Shown here one piece after another: positions 27,668 through 33,330 of a stretch of DNA of 33,330 bases. Position numbers and translations under genes: made by a program. This stretch comes from an uncultured Ignavibacteriales bacterium. GTDB lineage: Bacteria > Zixibacteria > MSB-5A5 > GN15 > JAAZOE01. Under the pieces are notes generated by a model. The model was not told the origin of the DNA and ran no database searches. It saw nothing but the letters and a program-made list of their open reading frames with translations. Position 1 is the first letter of the stretch, and each line of letters begins with the position of its first letter. The stretch is from NCBI GenBank assembly GCA_964611355.1, contig CAZSYD010000026.1, positions 1 to 33,330 of the forward strand. Reading direction: 5' to 3'.

Positions 27668-28714
27668 TTACTGAAGACCCCAGGCCGCGATTCCGTACGC
27701 ACTTATTCCACCGACACTGTCGAAATTCCCGCCTGCGATCAGCTTGTTGTTCCACACCTCCAGTCCATAGACGATGTCGTTCATTCCTGTTCCGAGGGCG
27801 GTCCAGGACGTATCATTCCAGGCGGCAATATAGTTGACATCGACCCCACCGGCGGTGGAGAATCCCCCCGCTGCAATCAGCTTGTTATCAAAGACGGCGA
27901 GATCATAGACCCAGTAGTCTGTCCCCGTTCCGAGAGTGGTCCAGGAGGAACCGTCCCAGGCGGAAATATACATTTGTTCAGTGAAGTTCATTTGGGATGC
28001 TCCACCCCGTATTAACTTGTCGCCATAAACGGCAAGAGCAGTTGTACTGCCGCCCTGCTGTATGACGGGACCATCCGGAACAAAGGTCCATGACGTACCA
28101 TTCCATACGATGAGCCTTGTGCCGGCACCTGCATAAAGCTGGCCGTCATAGACGATGAGCTCAGAGACAGTCTCGTTCCACCCGGCCCCCAGAGAGTCCC
28201 ATGAAGAACCATCCCAGGCGGCAATTCCAGGCGCACTTACTCCACCGGCACTGTCGAAATTCCCGCATGCGATCAGCTTGTTGTTCCACACCGTGAGCCC
28301 CCAGATATCGGCATCCGTTCCCGTTCCGAGAGTTGACCACGCCGTTCCGTCCCACGAGGCGATATTGTTCGCATTAATTTCTTCACCGGTTTCGGTATAA
28401 AGGCTGGTGAACATTCCAGCGGCTATGAGCTTATTGTCATATACGGCGAGCGCATCCGCCCCTCCGTTAGACACCAATATCTCCCAAGATGATCCGTCCC
28501 AGGCCGAGATTCCCCAGCCTGCAGCAATCAGCTTGTTGTCATAAACAGTAAGCGCAGACGCCCCGCCGAAGAAATCTTCCGTTCCGAATGCTGCCCATCT
28601 CCATTGAGGGTCAGATGCTGTAGGTTTATCATCATCCGAACAACTGACTGTGAGCAAACCCGCTATAATGGCAAGGAAGAATAATATTAAAACGTTTGAC
28701 TTCGTCACGTGCAT
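27668..28714 (-). CDS. Lipoprotein with repeated WDG/NKLIAAG units (probable beta-propeller)
   Basis: Start ATG 28714 (AGGAGG SD); lipobox TVSC; about 7 repeats of L.V.(D/N)NKLIA.G...AWDG..W..LG.G. Confidence 0.85.
   Translation of the reverse strand: MHVTKSNVLILFFLAIIAGLLTVSCSDDDKPTASDPQWRWAAFGTEDFFGGASALTVYDNKLIAAGWGISAWDGSSWEILVSNGGADALAVYDNKLIAAGMFTSLYTETGEEINANNIASWDGTAWSTLGTGTDADIWGLTVWNNKLIACGNFDSAGGVSAPGIAAWDGSSWDSLGAGWNETVSELIVYDGQLYAGAGTRLIVWNGTSWTFVPDGPVIQQGGSTTALAVYGDKLIRGGASQMNFTEQMYISAWDGSSWTTLGTGTDYWVYDLAVFDNKLIAAGGFSTAGGVDVNYIAAWNDTSWTALGTGMNDIVYGLEVWNNKLIAGGNFDSVGGISAYGIAAWGLQ
27707..28292. repeat. 52-bp intragenic direct repeat (27707-27758 and 28241-28292)
   Basis: TCCACCG[A/G]CACTGTCGAAATTCCCGC[C/A]TGCGATCAGCTTGTTGTTCCACACC, 50/52 identical. 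Confidence 0.9.
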
Positions 28715-28780
28715 ATGACCTCCTATTGGAGAAGTAAGACGATGCAAGACAAATGTTTTTATATGAGAAAATCTTCATAT

Positions 28781-28809
28781 AAGATATGTTGTCCTTATCA
28801 GATAGTCAA
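28781..28809 (-). promoter_or_regulatory. sigma70-type promoter of the propeller lipoprotein
   Basis: Minus strand TTGACT-N17-TATCTT. Confidence 0.55.
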
Positions 28810-29027
28810 ACAAAAACCAGGCTTTGGGCTGGTTTGATTCAATTTCTTTATTTTCCAGCAATCGAGATATGTTGATATACTTCAAGGTCTTTTGATTACG
28901 ACCGGATATTCTCTCAAGTAATTATCTTCCAACGTGTTCCGCTTTGTGTGGAATAGTCTTTTTCCACCTGAAAATTGAATTTCACAAAAGTTTGGGGAGA
29001 GTGATATTGGGGCCGCCATAAACCTTG

Positions 29028-29050
29028 AAAGCCTCGGTTTACACCGAGGC
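29028..29050 (-). terminator. Probable terminator after the large secreted gene
   Basis: GCCTCGGT-ttac-ACCGAGGC with a short U tract on the minus strand. Confidence 0.6.
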
Positions 29051-29094
29051 CTTCGCATTTTCTATCTGGACTTTCAAAGAGGATCAATGTCCAA

Positions 29095-32000
29095 TTATTT
29101 CAGCAGCAGCATCTTCTTCGTCTCTACGTGATCGCCAGCCTGGAACCGATAGAGATAGACGCCTGTAGCGACTGTAGTCCCGGAAGCAGTTGTGCCGTCC
29201 CAAGTAACAGCATAAGCTCCCGCGGGCTCTTCACTGTCAACAAGCGTCCGCACTTTCTGCCCCAGCACATTATACACTGCGATCGTTACATGACTCCGCC
29301 GTGGTAAACTATACCCAATGGTCGTTACTGGATTGAACGGGTTAGGATAGTTCTGGGCCAAATCGAATCGGTAAGGCAGAAGTGAGCCCTGGGTATCGTC
29401 CTCAACACCGGTCAAAACGTTTAGAATCGTGGAATCATCGTAGTTGCCATCGCCGTCGTTGTCGAGCAGCCATTTGATCTGACCCAGATTAGTCTCATCC
29501 CACTCCGGGGCCACCGTACCTAAGGCTCCGGCCGGGAGACTGACTGTCTCGGTCTTAACCCATTTGCTCCCACTCGGGCCGACTGTCCAAAACTCAAAAT
29601 CGATGGTCTGACCGGTGGAGTAATCCCGGAGGCTGAAAGTCGCGCCTCCGGCGGTTGTGAGATCAAGCCGCTCTCCGGAATTCAGGGTCACTCCTTCTAG
29701 CGCGAACAGTCGGTCTTCGCTGGCACCCATGCAAAGACATGACAGACGGCACCCTTTGGTGGCCGGATCATTGTTAGCTACCGATAGGCCGGTATCATAC
29801 GTGATCTCGTCGGTCTGCGACGGATCCGCGCCGCCGCGAGCGTAGTAATAATTGGTGGTGCTATCCCAAATTGAAAGCGTCATGGCCGTGTCGTCGGTTG
29901 TCCCTATATCACACTTGTACGTGTCGGACGGAAGCAGATAACCGTAGGGTCGCGAGGGAGACCCGTTGATCCGGACATGCGTAAAGGCTCCGGCAATTGC
30001 GGACCATACGGTGTCGCCGCGGAAGCCGATTCGCCGCCCGGAATGATCCTCGATTACGACATCCGTGACACCGTTAAAGAGAACATTCAGCGAATCATTC
30101 GCGATGTAGGCGATCCTAAGGGCGGGGCGATGTGGCGCCGGTGAGGACAGTGTCGGTAAGCGCAGGTACGACGCTGAAGAATCCATCATGTGACAAAAGC
30201 CGAGAGGTCCGGGCCAGTTTTGGAAGTCAGAGTATGACCAGCTATTGGCAGCCGAGTCGATAAACAACGTGTCCCTCCGGTCCGGGATGTCAGGAGCCGG
30301 ATGGTTACAGTCATAGATAAAAACCAAGTACCGTCCCGGTGTAGCTGTGTCGGCCTCCAGTCGATACGGGTTGACCACATGTCCGCCGCCGTCTGGACCG
30401 TTGTTGCCGATCGCCAGCATTGGACCGTTGACGTAGTTTCTACCCATCATTTCCTTGAGCTTTGCGAGTGTCTCGCGCGGGCTGTCAGGTTCGTTGGCTG
30501 TCATGCAGGCTTGATGTTCGTATCCGTACTGTTGAGTGTAATACTCTGTGATCAAGTTGCGCCTGTACCCCGATGTATCGAGTTCGTGCAGGCCCGCGAA
30601 CGCCCCCACACCAGGGTGGGCAGCGTGAAAATTGGTCGAGTCGAAGAACGCCAACGGCGAGGAAGCTCCAAAACCAAAACACGAGCCGCCCCAGTCATCC
30701 TTGATATCGCGCCAGCACATCACCGCTGGCAAGTGATAGTACAGCTGACCGCCGACGTTTTCGTAACATTGATCGACTCCGAAGGCGCGAACGAAACTGG
30801 GCCAATCCGGGAAATCCTTCGGCTGCGCGTTGACAATCAGCGGATTGTAGAACGCGAATGGGTATGGCTGTCCGGTGAAAGGGTCGTTTGCGTGGGCGTA
30901 GTCGAACTGGGCGAACCAGGTTGCCGGCCACATGTGGGCCTCGTCGTTGGGGAAACGCCATCCGTCGACCTCCGGAAAGAACGGAATCAAACTGGAGTCC
31001 GCCGTCTTCCGAACCAGGGTCCACGGCTTAATCGTAAAAGGACCAGCCTGAGCATTGATGCTGCTGTCCGTTACATCCTCCAGACGGATGAGGTACTTCG
31101 CCGAGACATCTTCCGGGACCGCCCAGGCATACTCACCCGTGGCGGCATTTATGTTTAGAGCCACAGTGTCCCACCAAATCAGGTCGGGGTCGTTGGTGGC
31201 ACTTGACAGTATGTGCACGTGCGCCACGCTGTCGGTCTCCCAGCGGATTTTGCAGGTATCGCCCTCGCCAAAGAACTCGCCCGGCGTCGGGTAAGTAATC
31301 CGGATTGGAGATTCATAGCCGGAATTCGGGTTGTATTCATCGGCCCCAATATCAACTATTGCGACATCATCACTATCGCCATCTATAACACGATCTTCTC
31401 GGTCAATATCATAGAATCCCACGACGCTGGCATCTCTGCCGGCATCGACCAATGGAGAGATATCCAAAAGATGATGATTGAAGATTCTAAAGACATCCCC
31501 AGTATCGGCTACATCTCTTATATCGCCGAGAATATATAGGGAATCGGCAGTACTGCGAACTACGTAAAACCAGGGATATTCCAAGGTATCCGGCTGAATA
31601 ATAGTATGTTCAAGGTGGCTGTCTCGAAATACGGAATCATCGGTTATGATAATAGAAGTGTTGCTTATTGAATCATAACTGAATTGAGAAATGGAATCTA
31701 CGATCTCTGGAGTAAACATAGGATCGAGATGTAAGTTGGAAGCGTATTCTCCCCCTAATGTAGCGACATCTTCTACGCTGTATAAGCCTCCACTCGAAGT
31801 CCAGAAAAACAGTTCTCCTTTGGAACCTATGTCATTCCAGAAATCATTCTTAGCAAGCAGGGGAGTGGTTTCAGTGTATTTGAAAATACCATAATTCCCA
31901 TTATTGAAAAAGATATTGTTCACCACATCATTATTATCCGTTGCGGATGGATAATACTTTAATCCCATCCCATAGCTGTATCCTACGGTGTTGTTGGTAA

Positions 32001-33330
32001 AATTGATACTACCCGGCCCAATATCTACAGCATCATGACCGAACCCAGAGGGAAATGTATTGCCATTGCCAACGATAACATTGTTTGCAATATCAAAATT
32101 GATATTATCTATCCCATAGTCATTGGCTATTATACCATCATTCGCATTAGCTGAGATAAATGAATTGAAAATATCAATACTGCCTGAACCGGACATATAC
32201 CAGACACCTATTCCATACTCCCCATTACCGGCCAACTGACAATTATCTATGGCAGCATGTATAGAGTGGTTATTTCTAAACTCTAAAGATAATCCATCAG
32301 CTCCATTTGATAGTGAAGAAACATTGATTAAAGAAAGAGCTTGAATACTGCCACTATCACAATTGGCGGATAGGGCGGTAAAAGTATTGTTCCTGAAGGT
32401 GGAATTGGAAACTTGAAAATTATTATCGTTAAAGCCGTTGAGCGATAAGGCGTGATGATTATTTTCAAAAAGACAACTATCAATAAAGGCATCCCCTTTA
32501 GTGACAAGACCAAATTCCGAATATAGAACCTTGCAGTTAGTTAAATTAATAGTTCCCGAAGGTTCGACTTTAATACCTCGGCTCCAGTACAGGGGATTCC
32601 CCGTATCGTCAAGATCTGTATTGCCACCATAAGAATCATCCCGCCAGGATGTGAAAACAGTATTATTTGCTGTCAGAGAACCCAAAACAGTCATATTATT
32701 GGCAGGATCAACATAGAACATTTTTAAAATTGAACCTTCACCAATCTCCAAAGCTCCACTCTCTGTAATACCCAAAACATTAATAATAAATGGTAGTTCA
32801 TTGGAAGATTGTAAATATGCATTGCCATCGACAATACAGTTATGAAAATTGAAGGCATTTAATGTGGTGTTATTCGCAGTATTATTTTTAATACTTTTTA
32901 TGCTACATCCATTAAGATAGATTATCCCAAAAAAGGGATCGGGCCAAAAGAAAACATTTTCAAAATGATTATTCTCTAAGACAACTGACTTTGCGAAACC
33001 CAAATATATAGCCTGCGTTTTAGTCAAATAATTATCAAAGTGACTGTTCTCAAAGGTACAATTACGAATGGTAACATCCCATACCGCACCCCGGCCTAAC
33101 TGTATGGCGTACGGATCATAAAAATCAAGAAAACTAAAAAAGTAGTCACTGAAATTACTAAATGAACAGCCATCAAAAGTAATATTACCACCCTGAAAAT
33201 TAAATGGTTCTGTATTTACACGGTAGGCAGGGTTGTCAAAGACACAATTGTTAAAAGTAATATCATAGCTGTTGAAGTATACTGCCCCCCATTAGTGACA
33301 GTTGGTTATTAAGGTAGTATTTTGCGGCTG
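29095..33330 (-). CDS. Large secreted protein: right-handed beta-helix, Ig-like domain, putative Cys-peptidase-like domain, FlgD/T9SS-like C-terminal domain; 5' end outside window, in-frame TAA at 33292-33294
   Basis: NCxF/NNTF-type repeats, SPLVDAG..DIGADE, C-terminal LAQNYPNPFNP..WDG..GVYLYR..KKMLLLK. The frame stays coding upstream of the ORF-track start except for one TAA. Confidence 0.85.

Noticed and set aside
27707..28292. DGR template/variable repeat pair or CRISPR array
   Set aside because: Both copies are in-frame parts of one repeat protein; there is no reverse transcriptase, cas gene or regular repeat-spacer pattern in the window.
27582..33330. Integrated element at tRNA-Asp
   Set aside because: No integrase and no duplicated tRNA 3' end seen within the window.

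Overview
Bacterial chromosomal window from a scaffolded assembly, with a 100-N gap inside alaS. The gene repertoire (FlgD/T9SS-like C-terminal secreted protein, DUF3098, group II GGGPS, CIRCE-regulated groESL) suggests an FCB-group lineage such as Zixibacteria; this is inference only. Housekeeping genes: groES-groEL, coaX, glmM-glmS, recX-alaS, GGGPS-gmhA-O-antigen ligase, DUF3098, tRNA-Val and tRNA-Asp. Accessory genes: HD-GYP phosphodiesterase, two hypotheticals, an OMP beta-barrel, two lipoproteins, a PEP-CTERM protein, two TonB-dependent receptors and a large mosaic secreted protein. The most striking element is a minus-strand metal-uptake operon (21311-16854) with apparently two-layer control. 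A DtxR/SirR-type operator overlaps the promoter. It is followed by a signal-peptide-bearing double-CbiX chelatase-like gene, a DtxR regulator with a Cys-rich tail, a His-rich membrane leader protein ending in a RAPP ribosome-arrest motif, and a TonB receptor with a CxxC plug. The codons after RAPP are complementary to the receptor's Shine-Dalgarno. Other oddities: alaS apparently starts at ATC, in frame with the recX amber stop; three genes look leaderless; and the large secreted gene has an in-frame TAA and a sharp GC shift.
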